A DNA stretch of 64,000 nucleotides from Hydrolagus affinis. Taxonomy: Eukaryota. The stretch is taken from assembly GCA_012026655.1 (NCBI GenBank), contig JAAILG010001416.1, positions 1 through 64,000 of the forward strand. Direction: 5' to 3'. The notes below the pieces were generated by a model. It searched no databases and was not told where the DNA came from. It was given only the letters and a program-made list of their open reading frames with translations. Below are positions 1 through 12,904 of the stretch, one piece after another (positions within the stretch are counted from its first letter, which is position 1; every line of letters starts with the position of its first letter). Both the position numbers and the translations under genes were made by a program.

Positions 1-214
1 TTCTTCCCTTTCCTCTTTCAAGGCTGGTTTGAAGACTTTCCTCTTCGACCGTGCCTTTTGTTCCCCCCCGAATTTTTCGACCTCCCCTACGTGTTTCACC
101 CCTTCCCGAACACTCCCCTCCCAGCTCGGGTCACACGCCTCCTGTGCAGCGCCTTGGGACGTCCTCCCGACGTGAAAGGCGCTTTACAAGTTTAAGTTGT
201 TGTTGTTGTTGTTG
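1..214 (+). mobile_element. L2-clade LINE 3' end with (GTT)n tail, young family
   Basis: Nearly identical to 45397-45610. Ends gcgccttgggacgtcctcccgacgtgaaaggcgct followed by (gtt)n. Confidence 0.85.
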
Positions 215-474
215 AAGACGCTGTATCAAATGCAAGGATGATTATTATTTCAATCCACGACTGTGTGTGGGACACTGCTGTGCACAAATGGCTGCCGCGT
301 TTCACCCAAATATATACAGTGAATTCACTTTGCAGTATATTCTGTGAAGAGCTTTGATACGTCTAAAAGACGTGAAAAGCGCTGGATCAAATGAAAGGAT
401 GATTAAATAGCTTTCTTTCATGTCATGAGGATGCCTCAGTGCTTCACCAAGCTGGGGGTGCAGGATGTCGAGGA

Positions 475-635
475 AGAACATACAATAAGAACATAAGAAT
501 AAGGAGCAGAAGTAGGGCATTCGGCCACTCGAGCCTGCCCCGCCATTCAACAAGATCATGGCTGATCTTCTAATCTAACTCCACCTGCCCGCCTTATCCC
601 ATATCCCTTAATCCCTTTATCCAGAAGAAATCTAG
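475..635 (-). mobile_element. CR1-clade LINE 3' end
   Basis: aagaacataagaa...ggccattc...agatcatggctgatct tail, nearly identical to 46230-46385. Confidence 0.8.
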
Positions 636-1444
636 GTTTAGTGGGTGCAGGAGGGGGAGGTGACCAAAAGTGGGCTCAACAAGAAAGGTTTAAAGGTAAG
701 CAGAGTGGGAGGCAAACAATTTAAGCAGAGGGTCTCCGGGCTAAAGTTCCAGGGAGCAGGGGGCAGAATGGCCCTCAATAACTGGTTAAACTCCCCAGCT
801 TGCATTTTAGGTTCCCATACCTTGGATCTCGCCAACCTGGATCTAATACTTTCTGGAATTAAGAAAGCATGGTGTCTCTCTGGGCATATTCCACCCCAAA
901 CACATGGAAATGTCCATATGTAAGTGACATGCATATGTGGAGCTCTGTCAGGTTTGGATACTCGAGCACAGTGATGGGTTTCCAGATGTGTCACCCAGCT
1001 AACTAAAACTAGTGAATGGTAGGATATTAGGCATGTTTTTGCTTTGCACAACCAATATTAAATGTCTTAGATTCAGCAGAGGCATTTTTAAGACTTCAAA
1101 CTACTCGGTCAATTTTCTTAGGGGCCTGTCACTGACGGTAAGTTTAATAAGTGTGCACGTGCAATTTTATTTTATGCAAAAATTTATTCAAAAATTTACT
1201 GCTCTGCCGGGCTGGGGAGAGCTCTGGTTTTCGCTATACAGGTATTTAACAAAAGGCAAGAGCACAGCACAGCACACTGAAATCCTCCCATTTCGATGAT
1301 TTTTTGCATTACTTTGGAGGCCCCCAGTTAAAAACGCCTCTTAAGATTCAGGCAAATGAAATGTGTGTTTGACATAATTTTGCAACATTGTGGCTTATGA
1401 TGTAAAAAATATCCCACAAGAGCCTGGTTGTCGTGAGCACAATA

Positions 1445-2508
1445 AAGGTAAGCCTCGATTTACGACGCTTCGATTTTATGACATTTCGATTGAAGGACCA
1501 TGATTTTTTAACACCCTTTGATCGATATACGACACTTGGATTTGTTTTTCGGACCAAAAATGTTTTTGCGCGTGCGCAGTACATATTTTGAAAATGCCGG
1601 TCACATTTTCGCTCTTCCTTTTTGTCCATATGCACAGTCCATAATGTATTCGCGGGTAAATCCAAGCGTTTGAACTGGCCAATAGCATGTCGCCTTGTCA
1701 TTGTTTATAAACCAGCTGATTTTGAAGCTTCATTGCCCCATGTCAGTATTACAGTAATTTCCTTACACTCCGGAGCAACTTCGAGTGATTTACAGCCTCT
1801 ACCGCATGCCTACCATGCAGGGGAAGAGACAGCAATAAGTGAAATAAGCAGTGATGATACCGCTAGTGGCCAGAAACCCCGCAAAATACCACTTTAAATA
1901 CCAAATTGGAGGTGATAAAGCGCATCGATTCTGGTGAAAAAAATACGGACATCGGGAGGGCTTTAGGACTAGTTAGATCGACGGGGGTTACTATAAAACA
2001 GAATAAGGACAATATACTGGCAAGTTCAAGGTATGTTACAGCTACAGGTGCAAGCAGATTAGCAAAACGTAGGAGTGATGTGATGGAAAACATGGAAAGA
2101 ATGCTGAGTGTCTGGATTGAGGATCAGAACCAGTGTAATATACCACTCAACACCCTGGTTATCCAAGAGAAGGCAAAATCATTGTTTAGGGAGTTAAATG
2201 ATCAGGAAGGAGAAGAGTCAACAGCACCGTCTTTCAGTGCTGGCAGAGGGTAGTTTCAAAGGTTTAAAAGACAACATGGGCTCTACAACATCAAGATGAG
2301 TGGGGAAGCTGCAAGTGCTGACACTGTTGCTGCACAAGAATATCCTGCTGAGTTATTTAATGGGTTTAAGGTCTGAAAATTTTGTGAAAAGAACGCATCT
2401 CTGGTTATATAATGGGACTGCATAGGAAATCGTTTTTCGATTTAGGACGTTTCGATATACATACAGTTTTTCAGGAACGCAACCCCATTGTAAATAGAGG
2501 TTGACCTG
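1445..2508 (+). mobile_element. Tigger/pogo-family DNA transposon, internally deleted, non-autonomous
   Basis: Imperfect ~20-bp TIRs (aaggtaagcctcgatttacg / tgtaaatagaggttgacctg), each flanked by TA. Contains a transposase N-terminal fragment. Confidence 0.85.
1870..2356 (+). pseudogene. Tigger/TIGD1-like transposase fragment (CENP-B N-terminal HTH plus Tc5 HTH), no DDE domain
   Basis: KLEVIKRIDSGEKNTDIGRALGL...MERMLSVWIEDQNQ...IQEKAKSLF...FSAGRG*FQRFKRQHGLYNIKMSGEAASADTVAAQEYP. The conserved W of GWF is replaced by TAG at 2251-2253, and there is an upstream frameshift. Confidence 0.85.
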
Positions 2509-2518
2509 TATACAGGTA

Positions 2519-3020
2519 CAGTAAACAAGTACAGTTTATCCGACACCCGCAGGACCTGGCCAATGCCGGTTAAAGCGCCTGCCGGGTATTCGGGCGGCCC
2601 GCTGTCAAAAACCCACCACAAAAAAAAAAAGTTCTTTTAACACACACCATACACACCAGACTAAGTAATAACAGATAATAAAAGAATATTGTATTGCTCC
2701 TTATTGTTAAAACTACTCTCTTGCGCTTCTCACCTTTACTGGTTGAGATTTATAGTCCAGCGATTCTTTTTAAAATGGAGGACGCCAAGCAGGTGAAAAA
2801 AACAGCAGTGCAACTTTAAAGACTTATTAGCGGCAAACCGATAAACCTAGACTACTAGCGGCAAACCGAAATCCTGTACCTGCGCAATAATGACTCACAA
2901 ATGCTCCACCACTATTGTTCCGGATAAGTTCTGGTTTATCAAATGGGGACTTTTTTTGGGGGCGTGCCGGTTATACGGAAGTGCCGGTTCATCGAGTCAC
3001 GGATAAACGGGCTTCTATTG
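2519..3020. mobile_element. Tc1/mariner-pogo superfamily MITE
   Basis: TA-flanked TIRs (cagtaaa...gtttatccg / cggataaacgggcttctattg). Its first ~170 bp recur at 12632. Confidence 0.75.
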
Positions 3021-3099
3021 TATTAATAATATTTGTTGAATTTGATAATAGCGCCTTTATCATGTCATAGAAACGCCTGAAAGTGCTTCAAAGGATTTA

Positions 3100-3440
3100 C
3101 TGGAGTCCTGTAGCATAGTGGTTAGTGCACAAGTGAGAGAACCTGGGTTCAATTTCCAGGCTTAAGCAAGTTTCCTTACTCCACATGCCTCGGTTTACAT
3201 AGCAGTAAATATGGACAATTGACGGATGACTTTTCTGGGGGTAATAATCCCTTCCAAATAAATACATATAATAATAGTAAATTGGTCACTCAGTCCATGA
3301 CTGTTTGTGGCATACTACTGTATTACTATGGAATTCGCCGCTGTGTTTTGCCTACAAAATATACAGTAACTACACTTTACAATGTTTTCTATGAAGCGCT
3401 TTGAGGTGTCTCAACGCCATGATAGAGCACTAATAATAAT
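3100..3440 (+). mobile_element. tRNA-headed SINE with Deu-like core and L2-type tail
   Basis: Head ggagtcctgtagcatagtggttag...gggttcaattt (A/B boxes), core ggtcactcagtccatgactgtttgtgg, tail gaagcgctttgag. Confidence 0.8.
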
Positions 3441-5104
3441 AAAAAATAATAATCCTTGCATTCGATATAGCGCTTTTCACATCTTATCGGCATGTCAAAG
3501 CGCTTCACAGAATATATTGTAAAGTGAATTGACTGCATATTTGTGGGCGAAACACTATTATTATTACTGTAAATTGGATTGATTATTTTGTAGGAAATTT
3601 TTGCTGAGGTAACTGAGAGGTGACGAAAAGCTAGAAAATGCTCAGTCTTCATTTTTGTTTGTTTAATAGCACATAAATTGTTCTTTTAATAACATACAAA
3701 TATGTGCTTTTGTGAGCAAAATGTATTTTAAAACCTCATTGAAAGACAACATTCAATCAAACCTTGGTAGAGGTAAGTGCCCAGATCTGGGAATGAAAGG
3801 GTTAATTTAGGGTGCAAATAGATGAAGAGAATCGACAGGAAATTTTAAAACTCATTTATATTAACATATTAATGAGGAAATTCAATAATACAAGTGTTTA
3901 CCTGCTGGCAAAAAATTGCAGAAGAGTTGTGGATGCTAATATGCTATCAGTTATCAAAATAACATAAAATTCTGCTAGGTTTTCAAAAATTCAAAGCATG
4001 TCTCTGCACTGTTCTGAATTTAGTGTGTCCTCTATGTCAAATGAGCAAAAAGAAAATTGATGGACAGTAGCATTGAAATGCATAATTTGACAAACCATCT
4101 CAGTAAAGCCATGATAGTGTGCAGCATTGCATGATCTTAAAGAGAAAAACAAACAGCAGAGAGAGCTCAGTTCTCGGACAAATCTAATGCAGGCACTGAG
4201 CTGTTTAAAAAAAACTCTGATCCATATTTTAAATATAAAGAAACAAATTGTCTATATCTTTCTGCTCGATCTGTTTTTAAGTATGAACAAAATGCTATCA
4301 GTGGGAGATCTGTCAATGCATTTGGTTTGTCAATGATGATTTTGTATAAATATGGTTAGAGTAAGAAATAAAATTTGCACAGTAGAATGCGATTTCATCT
4401 GCCTTCTCAGCAGCTCCATTGCTCATGCTGTGGTGTGAAATTTTCATTTGACACAGTTTGCAGTCAGAGGCCATGAATTATGCATTGGCCTGGAGAAATC
4501 CTCAATCTCCTACTTTGTGCCACAAATGCATTTATCTAGATTCCATCTCTATTACTGGGATCAATCTCTTGATTCGGGAATATTTGATCGGATACGGTTT
4601 TAACTTCATTATTTGTTTTTGTTATTAGGTCCTTTCTGTGACGGTTACTTATTCTGTCTGTCACAGAAGAAGCTTGGATAGGGACTAGAATGCCGTGGGT
4701 TCCTTTCATTTTTTTTTATATTGCATAAACTCACGGGTATGGTTTGGTTTAAACGCGTGCATTCAAAAACACTAATCTATGTGGTTTTTATCAGAACCAC
4801 CATTTGGAGGTTTAAAGGTAATTTGTTAATTGGTAGCATTTTAGCAGTTGAATGCAGGAGGTTTCTTTTGTGTTAAGAATGGGAGGAATTTGAATTCCGA
4901 GCTGAAGTGATCAAACCAGGGACAATAACAGAAAGGAGTGCTGCATTTTCAAGATATTTCAAGTTATCATTGACCACCTAATGCACCACGACAAGTGAAA
5001 CAGAGCACTGAAACAGAGCTTTATTTAATTTAGTGAATCGCAGTCAGCAAGATGATGAATGAAATTGGTAATAACAGTGACTGTCCTGTGAAGTTTTAGA
5101 CCAT

Positions 5105-5445
5105 GGAGTCCCATAGGGGTGAAAGTTTCCTTACTCCACATGCCTCTGTTTACCTAGCAGTAAATAGGAATCCAGGGCTTAGTCAATTGGCAGGCTTCTT
5201 TTCTGGGCATTCCTTCAAATAATAATAAATTGGTAACTCAATGCATGACTGGGTGTGGGACACTGCTGTACACAATTGCCTGCTCCGTTTGGCCTGCAAA
5301 ATATACTGTCAATTCACTTTGATACTGACACTTCGCCCACAAATATACAGTCAATTCACTTTACAGTATATTCTGTGAAACGCTTTGAGAAGTCTAGAAG
5401 ACGTGAAAAGTGTTATATCAAATGCAAGGATAATTATTATTACTA
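5105..5445 (+). mobile_element. Same SINE family, degenerate head, internal duplication of the tail
   Basis: gtttccttactccacatgcc...caaatatacagtcaattcacttt occurs twice, then gcaaggataattattat. Confidence 0.75.
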
Positions 5446-6223
5446 ATGACCTGATAATACACTATATCCAGCGCTTTGGGACATCCTCCTGATGTGAAAG
5501 GCGCAATACAAGTGTAATTTTGTTGTTGTTTTGTTGGTGTCAAATGCAAAGGGTTATTATTACTGTGAGATTTGAACTTTTCCAAATAGGTTTACTTTTG
5601 TGATCTGGCTACTGCTGTTTGCAATTTTTTTTAATGTTGATCAGTTCTCAGATGATCAGTGTTTTATTTAAGTTGGTACATTTGTTTAAGTTAGTGATGT
5701 TTGCATATAGTGGGAACCTGTGCCCTCTAGCAACTGGGTTGAAACTACTCAAAATCATTTTTCTTCCAGCTGCCTTCTGTCTTGGAGATTGGCCAGCAGA
5801 ATTTCTGCCATCTCCAGTGCAGTGTAAAATTGCAGCTGGAGCAAGTCTTTTTTTTAAAAAAAATAACATTGATTCGAAGCACAGAATTTAACTTCAGTTT
5901 TCATTGATTCCCGTATTGCATTGCCTAATAATTTGGTATGAAATCCAATCTTTTCTTTTGGAAGACAGAAAACCCAGGAGTAGTAGTTGTTGGTTGGGTT
6001 TCATCAATAACTAAACTTGAAATTAAAGAGAAAAAATCACTCTTTAATAGACTTTAATTTTGAATCTGTTTTCTTCATGTTGATTTTAGCTTGCAATATC
6101 TCTTACCTCTAATTTCTGCAGTCTCCAGTGACCGCACTAATGTAGTCAATCTAATATGAAAATTGGATCCTGTTGTGTTGTTATTTGTAACAACCTTTCT
6201 AAATAAAAACATTTGTAAGTTCT

Positions 6224-6549
6224 GGAGTTCGTCGAGTCCTGTAGCTTACTGGTTGGAGCACTTGCCTTACAAGCGTGAAACCTGGGTTTGATTCCCGAAA
6301 CTTACCCTTGGGCAAGTTTCCTTACTCCACACGCCTCATGATAATCTTCCCCCACCCCACCCCTCCCCAAAAATTTTTTTGGTCACTTCAATCCACAACT
6401 CTTTGTGGGACACTGCTGTGCGCAATTGGCTGCCAAGTTTCACCCACAAATATACAATCAATTCACTTTACCATATATTCTATGAAACGCTTTGAGACAT
6501 TTAGAAGATGTGTAAAAAATGTTATATCAAATGCAAGGATTATTATTAT
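6224..6549 (+). mobile_element. Same SINE family, full length, ending just upstream of an AP3B1 acceptor
   Basis: gagtcctgtagcttactggttggagcacttgccttacaagcgtgaaacctgggtttgattcc head and (att)n tail. Confidence 0.85.
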
Positions 6550-6585
6550 GGTGACCACTTATACAGATGTTTATTTATTTAACAG

Positions 6586-6661
6586 AAAGAAGAGAAGAAA
6601 ACAGTGTTACAGATCAAGGCTTCCACTAAACAGGAAGTCTCACTGTTGGATTTGCTTGACT
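6586..6661 (+). CDS. AP3B1: AP-3 complex subunit beta-1, coding exon at the hinge end, with clathrin box
   Basis: tttaacag| acceptor and |gtaagt donor. Translates KEEKKTVLQIKASTKQEVSLLDLLD, matching recalled human beta-3A KEKKTKQDRTPLTKDVSLLDLDD. 76 nt, ends in phase 1. Confidence 0.93.
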
Positions 6662-7020
6662 GTAAGTATTGGTGCTAAAACACGAAAGGGTAATGTGTTG
6701 GAACTGGGGACTTAATAAGCAGTAGAAGGCCATACAAAATGTAATTAGTTTCTGTGAAAATGGACTATTCAACACTAATCAGTTGCAATTGATGTATCGG
6801 CAGTTATTTTGTCTAGTAACAATGCAATTTTCAGTTCCTGTATGTGTATAGTCTATTTGAAATGTATAATTTGATTCTGGTCCATTGCAATGAAATTATA
6901 GCAAGAGAGAAGACTACTGTAGGAAGCTTTGTAGCAGTATCATTTGTCTTTAGCACTTTTCTTAAGCAAGGAATGTTTGATCTTTCGTTTTTCTAATTAA
7001 TATTCCTTATTTTCTTGCAG

Positions 7021-7130
7021 TTAGCGATGTACCAGCACCAGTAGCCCTTCCCAAACCAACGGTGATCTCTCCAAGTTTAGCAGCTGAGTTAGAAGGATTA
7101 TTGCTTTCTAGTACATCTCCTGTCATTGAT
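7021..7130 (+). CDS. AP3B1: AP3B1 coding exon
   Basis: ttttcttgcag| acceptor and |gtaggt donor. (F)SDVPAPVALPKPTVISPSLAAELEGLLLSSTSPVID resembles human FNPVSTPVALPTPALSPSLMADLEGLHLSTSSSVIS. Phase 1 to 0. Confidence 0.93.
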
Positions 7131-8659
7131 GTAGGTTTTTCAATGGAATGTTAAACTTTTTTGAGTGATTGGTGAAAAAGCTTTTCAGCTCTTAAAGTGT
7201 GCGCTACTCTTCAATATATTTTCAACATTTATTTTTGTTGTTCCATAATGAAGTTTACAAATTGCAGGCTTAAGAATCGCAAAAACCCAGAATGTGTAAT
7301 TTCTTAATATACATAGAATAAATTTTATTTTGGGGGGAAAAAAGTTTGGGTGGAGAAATACTTTTAAGAATCTTCCAGCAATTTGTTGTGGATGCACTGA
7401 ATATATTGTGCAGTTAAACTATAAAATCTAATAGCCACTCCAACCCAAAAGGCCAAATATACTGGAATGATAACTACTTTAATGTGCACATCATTCCACA
7501 GAAATAACTGGATTAAATTTGTTGTACAGTTGTATAGATTGCCTTGACTGTGACCTAAGAAAGCAGTAAATTGTGTTGCTTCTGCACCATTTCAGTTGAA
7601 TTTGGGCTGTAGGAATATATTGGACAACTGATTGCTTTTGGTGCAGAATAACTGAGTATTTTCAAATTATTTTTTGATTTATTACAGCATTTATCCAAAT
7701 TGATTGCTTGACTTTCTTTGTGAAAATTTGATAAAAAGTACAGGTTTTGACAAACATGGTTTAAAAAATTAGATTAAAATAATTGGAACTGTGGTAATGG
7801 CAATGTAATATATTTTGTTTGCTTGAACAGTTCACCAAAAGTGTAAAGTAATATAGTAATTTAGCAACATGCTGGTAATCTGTTAATGTGACTTCAATGG
7901 GTTTGGTGATTCCATTCATTGTCCTCGGGATATATAAGTAATTTGTTTTTCTACATCTGCCTTGTTTATTCAATAGTCATGGTTATATTCCAAAATCTGT
8001 CTGCTGCAAATATACTGTACATATAAATTGGTGGAATGAGTTACTGGATTTGCAAGTGATCTTTCAAGTGCTTTGATCTATAACTTGGAGATTATGAAGT
8101 CAAATTATGAACTTTTTAAATAAATGGCCCTGCACTCCAAAAATCTCACATTTACAGTAATATACATTTTCATTTAAAAAGCAACTTCATGCTGTGTTGG
8201 GAGGACAGTAGTGAGATATGTGATCAAATGAGCAACAGGGCCTTGTTGATTTTAAGAGTTAAAATTTAATATTAAAGAGTACTAACAGGCAAATTGTATT
8301 TTTGCTGATGTTGAAATTGGGCTCATCCAAAATGATTATTTTCTATTTAAAGTAGTTAAATTCTTCAGATGTAAATTACATCTTTTTAATATTTTGTGTT
8401 ATAACTCTAATTTTGGACCATCCTCTAACTGCAATCCAACCAGTGATGGGCCATTTCCAAAATATAATCATGATTTGAAATGGCTGCGCCGTTTATTGTC
8501 AGAAAGTAGCTTATTTTAACTATGGAAAAATATTACAGTGTTTTTGAAAAAGGAGCAGCTGGTTGACACATTTGGCTGGTTTTAATGTTCAAGACTCAGT
8601 ACTATGGATTCATGTGCTGTTATTCAAAAAATAGTTTAAAGTAATTTGTTGCAGTTGAT

Positions 8660-10330
8660 AGTTTAATTTCAGCTTTGGTGCAAATAATTAGCCGAACTGG
8701 AAACTGGCTAATGTGGTTCCCGCATTCAAGAAGGATGACAAACCCACCCCTACCACTACAAACCCATTCGCTTGCCCCCAGTAATTGGAAAACTAATGGA
8801 ATCAATAAACGGAAGCAAAAGAGTGTATTATTAAACTAACCTAAAGAATGACAACTGACATAAAATGAACAGTGGTACATATTACATGGGCAACCTCAGA
8901 ATCTTTCCATATGGAAAGCCATATGCTCCAGTGCACCATACTGTACATGGACTTTCAAAACCTTTCATATATTACCACACATTTCACAAACTGCAACAAA
9001 ACAGCTTCATATACATATATATTTATAGATTTTGCCCATAATATATAGTCAATTCACTGTACAGTGTATTCTGTGAAGCGCTTTGAGATGCCTCAAAGAT
9101 ATGTTAACAACAACAACAAGTTTGATTTATTTAGTGCCCTCCATGCCGGATGGCATCTCAGAGCGCATCACAATAACAGATCCCGGGCCGAGCCAGGGGG
9201 AGGGGTAAAAAGGTGACCGAAGTCGAAAAGAAAGGTCTTCAGCTGAATCCTGAAGCTGGGAAGAGAGAGAACGAGGAAAAGGCAGTGAGGAAGGGAGTTC
9301 CAGAGCTTTGGGGCACAGTGGCTGAAGGCACGATCGCCGATAGTAGAGTGGAGGTTTCAGGGGACAAGGAGGAGACCAGAACTGGAGGAGTGAAGGCAAC
9401 GGGTGCTGTGTTGGGGAGAGAGGTCAGAAAGGTAGGTGGGTGCAGAGGGGTGGAGAGACATGAAAATAAGAGTGAGGATCTTGAAATCGATCCTCTCCGG
9501 GACAGGGAGCCAGTGAAGTCTGTGAAGATAAGGCGCCTATATCAAATGCAATGATTATTTTATGTTTGTGTGTGTGTATGTATAGACACACACATATACT
9601 TATACGATAAATTTATAACTAAAACCTCAGATATCAAAATGAAGAATTGGACTAGACTAAAGAGATGGTGGCAGAAGATAATCCTAAGGAGCATTAGTTT
9701 AAAATCGGTGAAGATATTGAGTGAGATTCCTCAAGGGTTCTGTACAGGTCCCCCTCCAATGCTTCATGTACATAAATGGCTTGGATTTGCAGATTGTGAA
9801 AAGTAGTCTGCAAGTAGTCGTGGTCAGGATGTATCTGAATTACTAAATACCCTCTGAGCCAGTGTCAAGAGTATAGCCACTCAGACCTAGAAACCCTGCA
9901 CAAAGAAGCAATGAGGCTGCTACTCAGCGTTATAAGGTCAAAATGAGGAACAACTAAATAATCCAGTGCTCCAATCATTATTTAAAAAGTGATTCAGCAA
10001 GGATTTTGTATAGATATACAAGATGCTTAACAAGATGGAGAAGTAAAGCTGATACAATACTCACAGATACCAAAAGGCAGCTGAAGCTGAACAAGAGGGC
10101 ACAGATTCAGTGTCCTAAATTAAAAGGGATGGACTGACACCGGGAACTATTTCTTTACATAGAGAGTAATTAACTGCTTGAATGGATTACCAAAAGGAGT
10201 GATTAAGACCAGAATAGTAGACTTATTTAAGAAGCTACCTGCTACAGAAATGGGAAGATGCGAGGATGGGTATTTGAAAAGATGGAGTCAAATGGGCTAA
10301 AAGGTGTTTCCCTTCTGAACCATTCTTGTG
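8660..10330 (+). mobile_element. Old CR1 LINE ORF2 and 3' end, interrupted at ~9000-9600
   Basis: Degenerate ANVVPAFKKD...YKPI and SEIPQG (SGVPQGS-like) RT motifs; tail atgggctaaaaggtgtttccc. Confidence 0.65.
9106..9520 (-). mobile_element. L2 LINE 3' fragment (second family), inserted in a SINE tail
   Basis: caacaacaacaagtttgatttatttagtgccctcc tail followed by reverse-strand L2 ORF2 end. The SINE tail is split into 9030-9105 and 9525-9560. Confidence 0.7.
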
Positions 10331-12631
10331 ATTAAACTGAACACATTCTTTCCTTATTTACAACAGACCCTTTCTGGGTTGCTAATTGCCAAGAAATTTT
10401 ATATTTGGATTCAGAATTGTTTTAATAGAAATAAATTGAAACAATAAATTTGCATTTATATTATTTTGATGGGAATTAAGTGCTTCTGTCTCAAGGGATG
10501 GCACACTGTTGCAGTCTGTTTTCATGGCACTGTACAAACCTGTAATAACAAGTTTGTTTTGTACCATGAATCCGGCTGCAATGTGGACCCCATTCACTGC
10601 ATATAGCACTATAGCCCACTTGCTGCAGCCAGGGTTCAAGTTAAAATGGCCGACTTGCAGGTCATTGGATTGTCACTGACATCACTTACTGCGCACGTGC
10701 AGTGTACAAGATGTTAACTGTGGAGTTCTGAATGACCTTAAGAAATTGGCCATTTATAGCTTCCTGTGATACTAAAATTTCCTACTTCAAAATAATCTGG
10801 TCATCACTGACATCACGTCCTACTTTTCACATCCACGGTAAATGGGAATTGATGTTGGCAGAAACCTGATGACACAAATGTCAGCCTTTTTTTTTTAAAG
10901 TGTGAGAACTGGCTGGCCTGCAGTGACCCGGCTGTCTACTTGCTTGCGTAATGAACGCATTCATTGCATAATGAATGAGTGAAACTCGCTTTATCACATA
11001 CAATCCATAGGATTTTATGGATCCCAGCCCACCTGCTTTACACTGAGACTGCACTGTATTTGCAAATATAATAAATAAATCAAATATGATAAATCTCTTT
11101 ATATTTCTGTACTTAAGAGTATCAGTTAGCCCTTTATGGTGCTTGTGTGGATGGGGGAAAACTTAAGTTTGTTAAGGCAGGGTAATTCAGGGTGTTCATT
11201 GCATTAGAAATGGGTGATATTTGGTGACTTTATTCTAGAGTATTTTAACTGAATCCCTCAATAACCTATTTTCATGTTTTGTGTAGAATACTATTTCATT
11301 GTTCCAATCAAACAAATTAAAATGAGCCACTTTGTCTTCAGCTAATATTCTCATTATTTTGTGAAGCAAATTGCATGTACTGATAACAATAGCAAGAATT
11401 GATAAGCATATTGGGAGGTGAAAGAAAATCACTACAGCATTTAATTATGGGCAACAACAACAAAATTATATTTGTATTGTGCAGGGATATTAGACATTTG
11501 GCTTGGATATTGAATACCTTGCCGTTCTTGAATTACCATTCAGACACCATTAATTCCTCTTGTGTATTTGGATACTAATTCTTATTTGCTCTTTCTTTGG
11601 TTTTCTCTTTTAAATGAACTCACTGCCACCGAAAGAGATTTATTTTTCACCTTTGAGACTTTTGGACTTACAGTTGTATCGTTGTGTTTTAGTCTTGTGC
11701 GTGACAGTATCTAAATGTATATTGTAATGTGCACTATGTCTAGATATATATTATAGATTTTGGGCATGCAGATTCTTAGAATATAATACTTCATTCATAG
11801 CTATTGGATGATTTCTTCAGTGTTAGCTCTTCCCTACATTCTCATTTTGGCTCGCCAATCATTTGAGAGAGTCCTAACATGGTGATGCTAGTTGGAGAAT
11901 TTGCGTTTAGTTTAATTTTTTAAGCTTTATGTAGCTATCTTACTGTTATTCTATTACCTAGGTGGAATTATCTAGATGGAATATTATTCATTGTCTACTT
12001 GAGGTTTTCTCCACCCCCCCCCCCCCACCACCTTTGTTGGGCTCTAATAATTAAAGTCAAAAGTCTGCTTCCACCTGTACCTTTGGCATTTGAAATAGGA
12101 TCACGTTTTCATTCTATTTTCTAATATAATCCTCTCCTGAAAATTTTAAAATTCTAAATATATTTTTTGCATCAAAGTCCCATGTTGCTCTTCCTGCATC
12201 TTTTCTATCACTTAAATATCCTCTGAAAGGCCAGCTACCTAAAACCATACTCCAAACATGGCCTCACTAGTGATGCGTACAAGGTTAAAATAACTTATTT
12301 TAGGTTATAGTCAAATGTCCTTGAGATGTAAGAGAGTATTCAATTAACTTTGTTGACAGCAGGTTCACATTGACTGGAACCCTTCAGTGAATGATCAATA
12401 ATCACACCCAGATCCTTTTCCTTCTCCATCTTTGCTAATAGACACTCCTTCATTGTGTACACATATTTACAGTTTCTTCTTCCAATGTGCATTACCATAA
12501 TGTACATTAAGATGCATCTGTCGCTCCTTGTACCATCTGGCTTATTGTTCCAGATTTTCTCTAATGCTGTTCATCCTCCCGATATTATTCACCTGGCCAG
12601 AGAGCTTTGTATCATCGGTGAATTGTATATA

Positions 12632-12800
12632 CAGTAAAAGCCCGTTTATCCGGCACCCTCGGGATCTGGCCAATGCCGGTTAAACCACGTGCCGGATATT
12701 CGGGCATCCAGCTGCCGAAAACCCAACACAAAAAAAATTAACTTTTTTTAAACATACCATACTAATTATAGACTAAATAATAACAGAATATTGTATGGAT
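12632..12800. mobile_element. Second, partial copy of the MITE, inserted at a TA in a CR1 fragment
   Basis: ta|cagtaaaagcccgtttatccggcaccc...ctggccaatgccggttaaa matches 2519-2690. Confidence 0.75.
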
Positions 12801-12904
12801 ACTTACCAATAAAGCAATAAATATCGATTACATTCTATAAACACAGCACACAATCACAAAGCAAACTTCTACAACGGCGGCCGGTAGTGTCTTAAAGCGG
12901 TACT

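Noticed and set aside
1906-2253. Possible domesticated TIGD gene
   Set aside because: It has a premature stop in the conserved GWF motif, an upstream frameshift, no DDE domain, and retained TIRs with TA flanks, so it is a dead transposon.
6275-6715. 146-aa ORF in the ORF track
   Set aside because: Mostly SINE sequence, and it overlaps the real AP3B1 exon in a different frame.
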